A DNA stretch of 64,000 nucleotides from Promethearchaeota archaeon (GTDB lineage Archaea > Asgardarchaeota > Lokiarchaeia > Sigyniarchaeales > SOKP01), in assembly GCA_048937405.1 (NCBI GenBank), contig JBHLNF010000003.1, positions 1 to 64,000 on the forward strand, written 5' to 3'. The number at the start of each line of letters is the position of its first letter. Within the stretch, counting starts at the first letter, position 1. The translations under genes and the position numbers were made by a program. Of the stretch, positions 1-9,513 are shown piece by piece. The notes below the pieces were generated by a model. It ran no database searches and was not told the origin of the DNA. It saw only the letters and a list, made by a program, of their open reading frames with translations.

Positions 1-117
1 AAAGAAGCTCTTTTTGCAAGTTTTCCACTTTACACGAAATTTCTCCAGTCTTATGATTTTAGAGAAGGTCCAAAAGCTTTTAGTGAAAAAAGAAAACCTG
101 TTTGGAAAGGAGAATAA
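1..117 (+). CDS. Enoyl-CoA hydratase/crotonase family protein, C-terminal fragment (runs off window start)
   Basis: Manual translation of frame 1: KEALFASFPLYTKFLQSYDFREGPKAFSEKRKPVWKGE*. D-x-x-EG-x-x-AF-x-EKR-x-P-x-W is the typical crotonase C-terminus. Confidence 0.8.
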   Translation, partial: KEALFASFPLYTKFLQSYDFREGPKAFSEKRKPVWKGE

Positions 118-262
118 TCTATGAATTCATCTGAATTTTAATTAAATGAATGATTATAGTATTTAAATTAAGCAATCTCTAGCATTCAACGAAGTTTAAA
201 CTTTTAAATATTTTGAGAAATAACATCAGTTAAAAATATAAAAAAATGGGTTAGAAGAAAAT

Positions 263-2578
263 ATGGTAAATCAAGATGAAAATGTAGAGGAAGAAGGAAT
301 TAAAATAATAAGAACTAGTTCTGCCTTTGATTGTGGAGGTCGATGCCCTTTAAAATTCCATGTTAAAGATGGAAAAGTGATACGAGTAGAGGGCGATGAT
401 TTTCCAGATCCAGACAAACAACTTAGAACATGTTTAAGATGTAGATCAATTAGACAGTATATCTATCATCCAGAGAGATTAAGATATCCATTAAAAAGAG
501 CTGGTCCTAAAGGTTCTGGGAAATTTGAAAAGATTTCATGGGATGAAGCTTATGACATTATCGCAGAAAAACTAAAAGAAACAATAGAAAAGTATGGAAA
601 TCAAAGTATATTATTTATTACTGGAGGAGGTTATCTTGCTGCATTACATAGTCCCGGAGCAGCTTATGCTAGATTACTTAACGCATTAGGTGGATATTCA
701 TCATCTTATGGTAATATTTCTTCCCAAGGAGCAATTTTTGGAACTCAAGCATCATATGGCTTTGGACAGATCTTTGTTGGTAACAGCCGGGAGGATTGGA
801 TGAATACAAAATTAATTATATGCTGGGGTTGGGATCCTGCACGTCAGATTTCAGGAACAAATACATTGTGGTGGTTAATTAAAGCAAGAGAAAATGGTGC
901 AAAAGTGATTGTAATTGATCCACGCTATACGGATACTGCTTTGGTAGTTGCTGATCAATGGATCCCAATAATTCCCGGAACAGATACAGCTATGATGGCT
1001 GCTGTAGCTTATGTAATTCTTAGAGAAAATCTGCAAGATCAAGAATTTCTCGACAAATATACTCATGGTTTTGATAAATATAAAGCATATGTAATGGGTG
1101 ATGAGGATGGAATTCCTAAAACACCAGAATGGGCTGAAAAGATATGTGGAGTGAAAGCATCTGTTATAGAAGATTTAGCGATTGAATATGCTACAACCAA
1201 GCCTGCTGCCTTAGAGGATTGCCAAGGTCCTGCTCGGTCAGCTATGGGAGGGCAATATAATCGAGGTGCTATAACGCTCTCTGCAATGACGGGAAATATT
1301 GGAAAACATGGTGGTAGTGCCTGTGGTGGACTTCATGGGATTCCGTATGGTCATATGTTTAGAGGAATTAGGATTCCTTCTGGTACAAACAAAGCTTATC
1401 CAAAAGGTAAGTCTTTAAAGGGTAATATTAATCCAAGAGATCGTTTAGATACTAGAATGCATGTAAATAAAATCTTTGATGCAATTCTAAAGGGAAAATC
1501 TGGAGGTTATCCTTCGGATATAAAGTTTGCCTGGTTCTGTGTATGCGATTTCCTAAATCAGATAGGAAATACTAACAAATCAGCAAAAGCTATGAGCCGA
1601 GAAGATTTGTTTACAGTAGTTCCAGAACTATGGTTAACACCCACAGCTCAATATGCTGACATTGTCCTCCCTGTAACTGGATTTCCTGAAAGGAGCGACA
1701 TTTCAAGACCATGGCCTTCAGGACCTTATTTTGGTCACATGAATAAAGCAATCGAGTCTATAGGTGAATGCAAGGATGATATACAAATAGCTGAAGAATT
1801 AGCTGAAAGATTAGGGATTAAAAATTTCAAAAGAGAAAAAGTTCTTAATCAATTTCTAGAAAATCCTCAATTAGCTCCAGCAAAACCTCTTATAGATAAA
1901 TACGATGGTATTAATGATAAATGGCTTCGTTTATTCACTGTTATGGCTCAAGATTTACGAACAAATATAAAAGATTATGATAAGTATAAAAAAGAAGGGA
2001 TCCATAGAATTGAACTTAAAGAACCTTATGTGGCATTCAAAAAGAATATAGATGATTTGGAAAACAATCCTTTCCCAACACCTTCGGGGAAGATTGAAAT
2101 ATATTCTGATCAGATTGCGAGTTGGAATAGACCTCTATGTCCTCCAATTGCTAAATATATACCAACCTGGGAAAATCGTGATGATCCATTAGCAGAAAAA
2201 TATCCCCTTCAATTAATCTCACCTCATCCAAGGCAACGGGTGCATTCAGAATTATATAAGATTAAATGGCTAATGGAAGCAATTCCACACAGAATGTGGA
2301 TAAATCCAGTTGATGCTGAGCCTCGAGGTGTTAGAAATGGTGATATGTGTTTAGTCTTTAATGATAGAGGAACTGTAGCGATTGAAGCTTTTGTAACGAA
2401 ACGAATTATACCGGGAGTCGTATGCATTTATGAAGGTGCATGGTATAATCCAGACGAGAACGGAATTGACAGGGGTGCTTGTGCTAATACTCTAACTAAG
2501 GATGCCATGGCTGAAGGAGGTGCTGCTGCATTAAAGACTTGTTTAGTTCAAGTTAAATTGGAAAAAGGAGTTGATTGA
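263..2578 (+). CDS. Molybdopterin oxidoreductase catalytic subunit, DMSO reductase family (DmsA-like), no Tat signal
   Basis: DCGGRC..CLR Fe-S region, YHPERLRYPLKR, ISWDEA, IDPRYTDT, PGTDTA, TAQYADIVLP, TPSGKIEIYS and a C-terminal molydopterin-binding domain (INPVDAEPRGVRNGD..NDRG). No twin-arginine leader. Confidence 0.9.
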   Translation: MVNQDENVEEEGIKIIRTSSAFDCGGRCPLKFHVKDGKVIRVEGDDFPDPDKQLRTCLRCRSIRQYIYHPERLRYPLKRAGPKGSGKFEKISWDEAYDIIAEKLKETIEKYGNQSILFITGGGYLAALHSPGAAYARLLNALGGYSSSYGNISSQGAIFGTQASYGFGQIFVGNSREDWMNTKLIICWGWDPARQISGTNTLWWLIKARENGAKVIVIDPRYTDTALVVADQWIPIIPGTDTAMMAAVAYVILRENLQDQEFLDKYTHGFDKYKAYVMGDEDGIPKTPEWAEKICGVKASVIEDLAIEYATTKPAALEDCQGPARSAMGGQYNRGAITLSAMTGNIGKHGGSACGGLHGIPYGHMFRGIRIPSGTNKAYPKGKSLKGNINPRDRLDTRMHVNKIFDAILKGKSGGYPSDIKFAWFCVCDFLNQIGNTNKSAKAMSREDLFTVVPELWLTPTAQYADIVLPVTGFPERSDISRPWPSGPYFGHMNKAIESIGECKDDIQIAEELAERLGIKNFKREKVLNQFLENPQLAPAKPLIDKYDGINDKWLRLFTVMAQDLRTNIKDYDKYKKEGIHRIELKEPYVAFKKNIDDLENNPFPTPSGKIEIYSDQIASWNRPLCPPIAKYIPTWENRDDPLAEKYPLQLISPHPRQRVHSELYKIKWLMEAIPHRMWINPVDAEPRGVRNGDMCLVFNDRGTVAIEAFVTKRIIPGVVCIYEGAWYNPDENGIDRGACANTLTKDAMAEGGAAALKTCLVQVKLEKGVD

Positions 2579-4587
2579 GAATGCAAGTAGGATTTTATTT
2601 TGATCAAACGAGATGCGCGGGTTGTAACGCATGCAGAATTGCTTGTAAGGATTGGCATGACCAGCCTTCAGGTCCTGCATCATGGATGAGAATTAATTAC
2701 CATGAAGAAGGTCCCTTTCCTAATATCTTAGCTTGTTATCTTATCTCAAACTGTTATCATTGCGAAGAACCAGTATGTTCATACATTTGTCCTAATGAAG
2801 CAATTACTAAACGCGAAAAAGATGGTATTGTAATAGTTGATAAAGAAAAATGCCGCGAAGAACATCCTTGTGGTATAATATCAAAAGAAACTATGGGCAC
2901 TAATTACCTTTATGGTGAATCTGAAGCACCCTGTCAAATAGCATGTCCTGTTCACCTTCATATCCCTGCTTATACTGTATTAATCGCTAAAGGAAGATTC
3001 AAAGAATCACTAGATTTAATTAGGCGTAGGATGCCACTACCTTCCGTTTGCGGTCGTGTATGCTTGCATCCATGTGAAGAAGTCTGTAGTCGAAAAGAAG
3101 TGGATCAAGCTATTGCTATTGAATCTCTTAAACGTTTTGTGTCTGATAATGTCCCTATCGAACTTCCAAAACGTCTTCCACAAACACAATCAGATAAAAT
3201 AGCTATTATTGGCTCTGGTCCTGCTGGTTTAGGTGCAGCTTATGATTTAATAAGATTAGGGTATGGCGTAACCATTTTTGAAGCATTATCTAAGGTTGGA
3301 GGAATGATGACATTGGGGATCCCAGAACATCGTTTACCTCGTGATATTCTCAATCGTGATATTGATTATATTAAGGCTCTTGGTGTTGAAATTAAAACTA
3401 ATAGCCCTGTTGATTTAAATTCAGGGTTAGATGATCTTTTGAACCAAGGTTATGGTGCTGTATTAATAGCAATTGGCTCTCATAAAGGAAAGAAGCTTAG
3501 TATTCCTGGTGCGGATTTGGAAGGCATTTTAGTAGGAACTTCATTCATGCGAGATATCAATCTTGGCAAAGAAGTAAAATTGGGTAATAAAGTTCTTGTA
3601 ATTGGAGGTGGGAATGTTGCTATGGATTGTGCTCGTACTGCTCGTCGACTTGGTGTTTCTGAAGTAGGCGTTTCATGCCTTGAATGTTGTGATGATATGC
3701 CTGCAGATGTTTCCGAAGTTGAACAAGCTCGTGAGGAGGGAATTGAGATCTATGATTCACGTACTTTTACAAAAATTCTAAGTAATAATGGAAGAGTTAC
3801 TGGAGTAGGTTGTCTTAAAATTACAAGATGCACCTTTGATGAGGATGGAAAAGCACATTTTGATGTTGTTGGTGAAGAAGAACACACTCTTGAAGCTGAT
3901 ACAATTATTTTCGCCATTGGCCAAATTCCTGATATTGAGAACAATGAAAAGGTAAATATTAGTAAAACAGGAACAATTGGAGCAGATTCAGAAACTATGA
4001 TGCTTGACAGTAAGGGAATTTTTGTAGCTGGAGACTGCTTTAGTGGTATAGCAAGTATAATAGATGCAATTGCTAGTGGACAAAAAGCAGCTTCAACAAT
4101 AAATCGTTTTATTCAAGGTGATGTGCTTCGAGTCAAACCTCGACCAATTATCAAGGCAGTTGATATAAAAGTAGATATCCCTCCCGGAACTCAGAAACAG
4201 GAACGCCAAACAATGCCTTTATTATCCTCATCCGAAAGAGTTACGAACTTTAAAGAAGTTTCTTTAGGTTTTACAGAAGAAGTTGCGATTGCTGAAGCTG
4301 AACGATGCCTTAATTGCGCCGGACATTTATGTAAAGATGCTTGTCCTTACTCTGCACCTCAATTTGTAGAGGAAGAAAAAGCTAGGATGCAAAAATGTAA
4401 TTATTGTGTTGATCGATTTGATATTGGGAAATTACCAATATGTATTGAGGCTTGTTATGCACGAGCTCTTGATGCAGGTACTTTAGAAGAATTAAAAGCG
4501 AAATATGGAGATGTCCAAATAGCTCATGGATTTGAATATTCTGATGGAATAAAACCTGCAATAATATTCAAGTCAAAAAAGAAATAA
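2575..4587 (+). CDS. DmsB-like 4Fe-4S subunit with an inserted GltD/NfnB-type FAD/NAD(P)H oxidoreductase module
   Basis: N-terminal GFYFDQTRCAGCNACRIACK..CYHCEEPVCSYICP (DmsB first half). Central PCQIACP..CGRVCLHPCEEVC, IIGSGPAG, VIGGGNVAMD, AGD..EAERCLNC (GltD-like). C-terminal CKDACPYSAPQF..KCNYC..PICIEAC (DmsB second half). Overlaps the dmsA-like stop by 4 nt. Confidence 0.85.
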   Translation: MRMQVGFYFDQTRCAGCNACRIACKDWHDQPSGPASWMRINYHEEGPFPNILACYLISNCYHCEEPVCSYICPNEAITKREKDGIVIVDKEKCREEHPCGIISKETMGTNYLYGESEAPCQIACPVHLHIPAYTVLIAKGRFKESLDLIRRRMPLPSVCGRVCLHPCEEVCSRKEVDQAIAIESLKRFVSDNVPIELPKRLPQTQSDKIAIIGSGPAGLGAAYDLIRLGYGVTIFEALSKVGGMMTLGIPEHRLPRDILNRDIDYIKALGVEIKTNSPVDLNSGLDDLLNQGYGAVLIAIGSHKGKKLSIPGADLEGILVGTSFMRDINLGKEVKLGNKVLVIGGGNVAMDCARTARRLGVSEVGVSCLECCDDMPADVSEVEQAREEGIEIYDSRTFTKILSNNGRVTGVGCLKITRCTFDEDGKAHFDVVGEEEHTLEADTIIFAIGQIPDIENNEKVNISKTGTIGADSETMMLDSKGIFVAGDCFSGIASIIDAIASGQKAASTINRFIQGDVLRVKPRPIIKAVDIKVDIPPGTQKQERQTMPLLSSSERVTNFKEVSLGFTEEVAIAEAERCLNCAGHLCKDACPYSAPQFVEEEKARMQKCNYCVDRFDIGKLPICIEACYARALDAGTLEELKAKYGDVQIAHGFEYSDGIKPAIIFKSKKK

Positions 4588-4736
4588 TCATATACAGGGT
4601 AATTTTATACATGAATGAAGAATTATAAAGAATTTCAACTTTTTTCGTTTATAAAATCATTCTACCCACTTTTTTTATCAATTAATGTTAATTAATAAAT
4701 ATCCAATATTTCTTTGAATTAAAGTATATTCATTCA

Positions 4737-5585
4737 TTATTTTGATTCAAGAATTTTGCGAATTTTGTCTAACCTTTCATTTCTCGACAGTTTATTATTT
4801 ATAGGGTTATGATCTCCATATAATTCTTTATGATAAACTGGTCTATTAGTTCTATAGAAAACTCCGATTGTAAATTTATGTTTTTCTTTAGCAAATTTGA
4901 TGGCATCAAAATAAGTCTTTGGTTCTGTTTCAAGATACTTTATTTTGTTCCTATATTCCTCCCAATTATGATATGGAACAGCAGGTTGCAAGACTTCTAT
5001 GAAAGCGAAACCTTTATGTTCAATTCCTTGTACCATGAGTTCAGTAAGATGTTTTATGTCTCCTGCAAATCCTCGAGCAACAAAAGAAGCTCCAGCCTCA
5101 ATCATTAGAGATATTGGATTAAATGGTTCCTCGTAGCTACCTCTAGGGGTAGAGGGTCCTTTCCAGCCCTTTTCAGTTAAAGGAGAAAATTGACCAGTTG
5201 TGAGAGCATAAACACTATTATTATGTAAAATAAATGTTATATCTTGGTTTCTTTTTGCTGCGAACATTGTGTGAGTTAGACCTTCAGCTAATCCATTTGC
5301 ATCTCCAGAAAAGTTAATCACTTTTAAATCAGGATTCCCTATTTTAATACCCTCTGAGTTTGAACAGTTACGTCCGTGAAGTCCATAAATCCCACTTAAA
5401 TTAAGATAATCAAAAATTTTTGCATGGCATCCAATTCCTGCTGTCATAATCATATTCTCTCGTCTAATACCTTTTTGCTCTAGCATAGGAATTGCATTTC
5501 TAATTGCGGTAAAAATTCCGAAATTCCCACATCCAGGGCACCATGTAATTTCAGCATAGGTTTTAAGATCTTCCATTTTATCCAA
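4737..5585 (-). CDS. 2-oxoacid:ferredoxin oxidoreductase beta subunit (KorB/OorB-like)
   Basis: TWCPGCGN, GIGC, HGR, TPP-binding GDA..NN motif, YALTTGQFSP. Confidence 0.92.
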   Translation of the reverse strand: MDKMEDLKTYAEITWCPGCGNFGIFTAIRNAIPMLEQKGIRRENMIMTAGIGCHAKIFDYLNLSGIYGLHGRNCSNSEGIKIGNPDLKVINFSGDANGLAEGLTHTMFAAKRNQDITFILHNNSVYALTTGQFSPLTEKGWKGPSTPRGSYEEPFNPISLMIEAGASFVARGFAGDIKHLTELMVQGIEHKGFAFIEVLQPAVPYHNWEEYRNKIKYLETEPKTYFDAIKFAKEKHKFTIGVFYRTNRPVYHKELYGDHNPINNKLSRNERLDKIRKILESK

Positions 5586-7239
5586 GCACCTCCTTTATTT
5601 GATTTGATAAATCAATAGGATCAAATGGACGACCATCATATTGTTTTATCGTATTTCTTATCTTTAATCCTGCTTTTTCATTTAAAAGTTTAGTAAATTG
5701 ACCAGTAGAACTTTGCTCAACAACAATATTATCCTGATCTTTAAACTCTTCCAATTCCCAAATAGGTAAAGGACTCAAATATATTGGTGCAATAATGGTA
5801 GGATTCATTCTTCCATATTTAAGAGCCTCTAAGACACTCATATAAGTAGAACCATAAGTAATGATGTTGGTAGGACTTTCACCCTGAATTATTTTAACAG
5901 TTTTTTGCTCTTTTAAATAATCTATAAGTGAATTTAACTTTTTATTTCTTTTATCATGCATAAAGGAAATCATCTTTGCATTCTCTGTAGTAATTCCTAA
6001 TTCATCATGCTCATAACTGTTCCATTTTATTATCTTTTTAGATGGTGGAAATAACATAGGAGAAATTCCATCATCAGTGTCCAAGTATCGTTTATATTCA
6101 CCCTCCTTATATATTTTTGGCTCTGCCCACTTAGATTTTTCTAATTCAATTTCCACAGTCATACTACTCTCTGAAAGATGTTTTTCAGTTAATAATATTC
6201 CTGGTGTCTGAAATTTCCATACTAGATCTAACATTTCGGCAGTAAGATAATAGGCCTCTCTAATTGTTGTAGGAGAAGCAACTATTCTTAGAAAATCTCC
6301 ATGACCTGTAGTTAAAGCGAAAGCTAAATCTGCCTGTTCTGTATAAGTAGGTACTCCTGTTGCTGGACCTGGTCGCTGAGATAAAACAACCAATACAGGT
6401 GCTTCTGTCATACCTGCTAAAGAGAAACCTTCTGTCATAAGAGCAAACCCCCCTCCACTCGTACCAACCATAGCTTTTGCTCCTGTGAAAGCTGAACCAA
6501 TTGCCATATTTATAACGGCAATTTCACTTTCAGCATGAACTACTGCTAATCCAAAATTTTCTGCTTCCATAGCTAGAGTGTGTAAGATTGTTGATGCTGG
6601 AGTCATGGGATAACCATAATATACATCTAATCCTCCGGCTATTGCCCCTAAACTAATTGCTTCATTTCCTGTAAGAATTGATCTCTTTTTATCTCCTCTA
6701 TCTAAATTAAATTTCTTTCCACAATCAGGATAAATAATATCATAAATTTTATTTGCAAAACTAACATTATCTTCAATTCCTCTTGGATACTCCTCTTCAA
6801 TAATTTGTTTCATTTCTTCTTTTTCGAATCCGATTGTTGCTGCTAGTATCGCAACAGCCCCGACCCCAAACATTAAATTTTTCATTGGATACTTTTCTGC
6901 TTCTGATGTTAATGGTATCCCAATACCAATATCAAATTCTTGTTCATCTGAATTAAAAATCAAAATACCATTTTCTGCAATATCATTTTTATGAGTTTCA
7001 CTACTTCGTTGATCAAAATTTACAACCAAATTGGCTTTCATATAATGACTACTAATCCATCCAGGTCTCGTACTTATAACAGAAAAGTTATGTCCGCCTC
7101 TTATTAAACTCATATAATCATCAATTTGAAACACATGCCGACCTAAGTTAGAAAACATATGTGCTGCCACAGATCCCGCTTTCTTTACACCCTCACCAGC
7201 TTTACCTCCGACTAAAAGTGTAAAAACCTCTGAATCCAT
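5578..7239 (-). CDS. 2-oxoacid:ferredoxin oxidoreductase alpha subunit, gamma-alpha fusion (KorA-like)
   Basis: GKAGEG, IRGGHN, GNEA, YPMTPAS, ESEIA, TSGGGFALM, RPGPATG. Overlaps the beta subunit gene. Confidence 0.92.
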   Translation of the reverse strand: MDSEVFTLLVGGKAGEGVKKAGSVAAHMFSNLGRHVFQIDDYMSLIRGGHNFSVISTRPGWISSHYMKANLVVNFDQRSSETHKNDIAENGILIFNSDEQEFDIGIGIPLTSEAEKYPMKNLMFGVGAVAILAATIGFEKEEMKQIIEEEYPRGIEDNVSFANKIYDIIYPDCGKKFNLDRGDKKRSILTGNEAISLGAIAGGLDVYYGYPMTPASTILHTLAMEAENFGLAVVHAESEIAVINMAIGSAFTGAKAMVGTSGGGFALMTEGFSLAGMTEAPVLVVLSQRPGPATGVPTYTEQADLAFALTTGHGDFLRIVASPTTIREAYYLTAEMLDLVWKFQTPGILLTEKHLSESSMTVEIELEKSKWAEPKIYKEGEYKRYLDTDDGISPMLFPPSKKIIKWNSYEHDELGITTENAKMISFMHDKRNKKLNSLIDYLKEQKTVKIIQGESPTNIITYGSTYMSVLEALKYGRMNPTIIAPIYLSPLPIWELEEFKDQDNIVVEQSSTGQFTKLLNEKAGLKIRNTIKQYDGRPFDPIDLSNQIKEVLG

Positions 7240-7401
7240 TTAAATCTTACCCTAAATAAATTTTTATTTAAAATACTTTAAAATTAAATCTTAATTCTGA
7301 TTTAGCGATAAATTATTTAAATATATGGATTATAATCTCTTAATCTTAGAATTATATAATTTTATGAAGCTAAAATGAAAGAATTTTTCAAATCTAAATA
7401 G

Positions 7402-8445
7402 TCATTTTCTGGACTTTATTCTCTGTTTTAATTCTTTATATTTTATTATGTTACTTAAAATTATTATCGGTCCAACTATTACAAATGGAACTATATGCAA
7501 AAAAAGTAAAAAAATTATGATAATTAAGGAAGACGGAATATAAATTATATTTAAAGCCCAAAGAAGATAACATGCCTCAAGAAATACAAATAGCCAGAAT
7601 AGAATTAATAATAGTTGATAATATGACCCTCTAATTAGAGAATTATTTGAAATACTTTTTCCGCATTTAGGACAGAGTTCTTTTCTAGCAATTCTTCTTT
7701 CAGTGCCACAATCTGGGCAGGAATATAAGTCTTTTCTAACAAAAAAAAACGTGCCAATTAACATAGAAAAGATTAAAATTGAAGAAATAATTGTGGTATA
7801 AGATATAATGAATACTTCATAAGTATATAAAAGTCTGATATTCCCAATACCAATATAATAATCCAATTCTGGATTATTTTCTGTAATATTAATGCCAAGA
7901 CTAATCTCACTTAACTGTCTCTCTTTAAAAATTTCTGTTAAATTAATAGTTTCTTCAAGATCATATTCATTCCAAGGGGCTTGTATAATTTCAGAAATAT
8001 TGACAGTATCTATTATTTCTTCATGCTTAGGTTTATTATTCCAAGTTATCTCAGAAAAATTCCAATTTGATTCTACAAAAATTAAATTTATCTCAATATC
8101 TTCTACATCAGGACCATGAATATTACGTAAGCTTAAAAAATTAACAACAAGGTGAAGAGCTTCTGTTTCTTTTGGTAAAATTTTGAGATTATAATTAATA
8201 TAAACTTCACAAGAATTTCCAAATTCTGTGTATTTGCTTGAAGGGATAAAATAATTCATATTAGGATTGTTTTGGTCTACATGTGTTAGACTGTCTACTT
8301 CTAATTCTCTGAGATATTTGGTAGTTATACCTATATTCGTTCCAAAGAAAGGAATAAAATTAATGATTAATAGAAAGAAAGAAATGATTGCTAAACTAAT
8401 AAAAATTGTTTTACTTCTCAAATTCTTAATGTTTAGTTTTTTCAT
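7402..8445 (-). CDS. Membrane protein: N-terminal TM, DNRLRE/CBM96-like domain, TM, zinc ribbon, C-terminal TMs (paralog 1)
   Basis: ESNWNFSEITWNNKP motif, CPDC..CPKC, hydrophobic segments. Confidence 0.6.
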   Translation of the reverse strand: MKKLNIKNLRSKTIFISLAIISFFLLIINFIPFFGTNIGITTKYLRELEVDSLTHVDQNNPNMNYFIPSSKYTEFGNSCEVYINYNLKILPKETEALHLVVNFLSLRNIHGPDVEDIEINLIFVESNWNFSEITWNNKPKHEEIIDTVNISEIIQAPWNEYDLEETINLTEIFKERQLSEISLGINITENNPELDYYIGIGNIRLLYTYEVFIISYTTIISSILIFSMLIGTFFFVRKDLYSCPDCGTERRIARKELCPKCGKSISNNSLIRGSYYQLLLILFWLFVFLEACYLLWALNIIYIPSSLIIIIFLLFLHIVPFVIVGPIIILSNIIKYKELKQRIKSRK

Positions 8446-8446
8446 T

Positions 8447-9502
8447 TTAATTCAATTTTATGGAATCTTTTAGTTCTCTATAGTTCTTTGCTTTTTTATA
8501 TATTTTTTTCATAATAATAATTATTGAGAAAATTAATAAAGCTCCAATGAGAAAATAAATCTCCGTAAATCCAAAAAAAGGAAGAATGAGATAAAAAATA
8601 TTAGTAAATACTGTTATAAGAAGGAAATTTATTTCAAAAAAAGAAAATATCCATAATAAAATGATTAATCTTTGATAATACAAATTAGTTCTTAGCATTT
8701 CATCTTCAAAATTTTTTTGACATGATGAGCACATTCTTTCAGTAAAATTCCTCTTTGTATTACAATTTGGACAATAATATATACCCTTTCTTAAATAAAA
8801 TATTATTCCAATTAACATAATGAAAATTATAGTTGAAGAAATAATCGTTGTATACGATATAAGAAATTGTTCATAACTATATAAAAGCTTGATTCCCCTT
8901 AAATAAACAAAGTCTTTCAATTCTGCATTATTTTCTGTAATATTAATACAAAAGCTAATCTCACTTAGTTGCCCTTCTTCAAAAAATTCTATTAAATCAA
9001 CAGTTTTTTCGAAATCATAATATTCTACGGTAAAGTCATTGCAAATTTTCGAAGCATTTACCGTTTCGATTATTTCTTCATGTTTAGGTTTATTATTCCA
9101 ATTTATCTCAGAATAATTCCAATTTGATTCAACTAAAATTAAATTTATTTCAACATCTTCGATATCAGATAGATAATAGGAATAATAATGAAAACCTTCT
9201 ATTGTAAAGTATAGCTCTTCTTTTTCTTTTGGTAATAACTGAAGATTAAAATGGACAAAAAGTTCACAAGAATTTCCAACAATACTATTCCTATATAAAT
9301 AACCATAATAATTCATATCTGGATTACTTTGATTTACATATGCTACACGATCCATATATAAATCTCTGGTATATTTAGTAGTTATGCCTACATTCCCACC
9401 AAAGAAAGGGATAAAATTAATGATTAATAGAAAAGAAGATATGATTGCTAAACTAATAAAAATTACTTTACTTCTCAAATTCTTAATATGTTGTTTTTTC
9501 AT
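8447..9502 (-). CDS. Membrane protein, tandem paralog of 7402..8445
   Basis: Near-identical N-terminus (IKNLRSK.IFISLAIIS.FLLIINFIPFFG), ESNWNYSEINWNNKPKHEEII, CPNC..CSSC. Confidence 0.6.
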   Translation of the reverse strand: MKKQHIKNLRSKVIFISLAIISSFLLIINFIPFFGGNVGITTKYTRDLYMDRVAYVNQSNPDMNYYGYLYRNSIVGNSCELFVHFNLQLLPKEKEELYFTIEGFHYYSYYLSDIEDVEINLILVESNWNYSEINWNNKPKHEEIIETVNASKICNDFTVEYYDFEKTVDLIEFFEEGQLSEISFCINITENNAELKDFVYLRGIKLLYSYEQFLISYTTIISSTIIFIMLIGIIFYLRKGIYYCPNCNTKRNFTERMCSSCQKNFEDEMLRTNLYYQRLIILLWIFSFFEINFLLITVFTNIFYLILPFFGFTEIYFLIGALLIFSIIIIMKKIYKKAKNYRELKDSIKLN

Positions 9503-9513
9503 ATTAATCCCTT

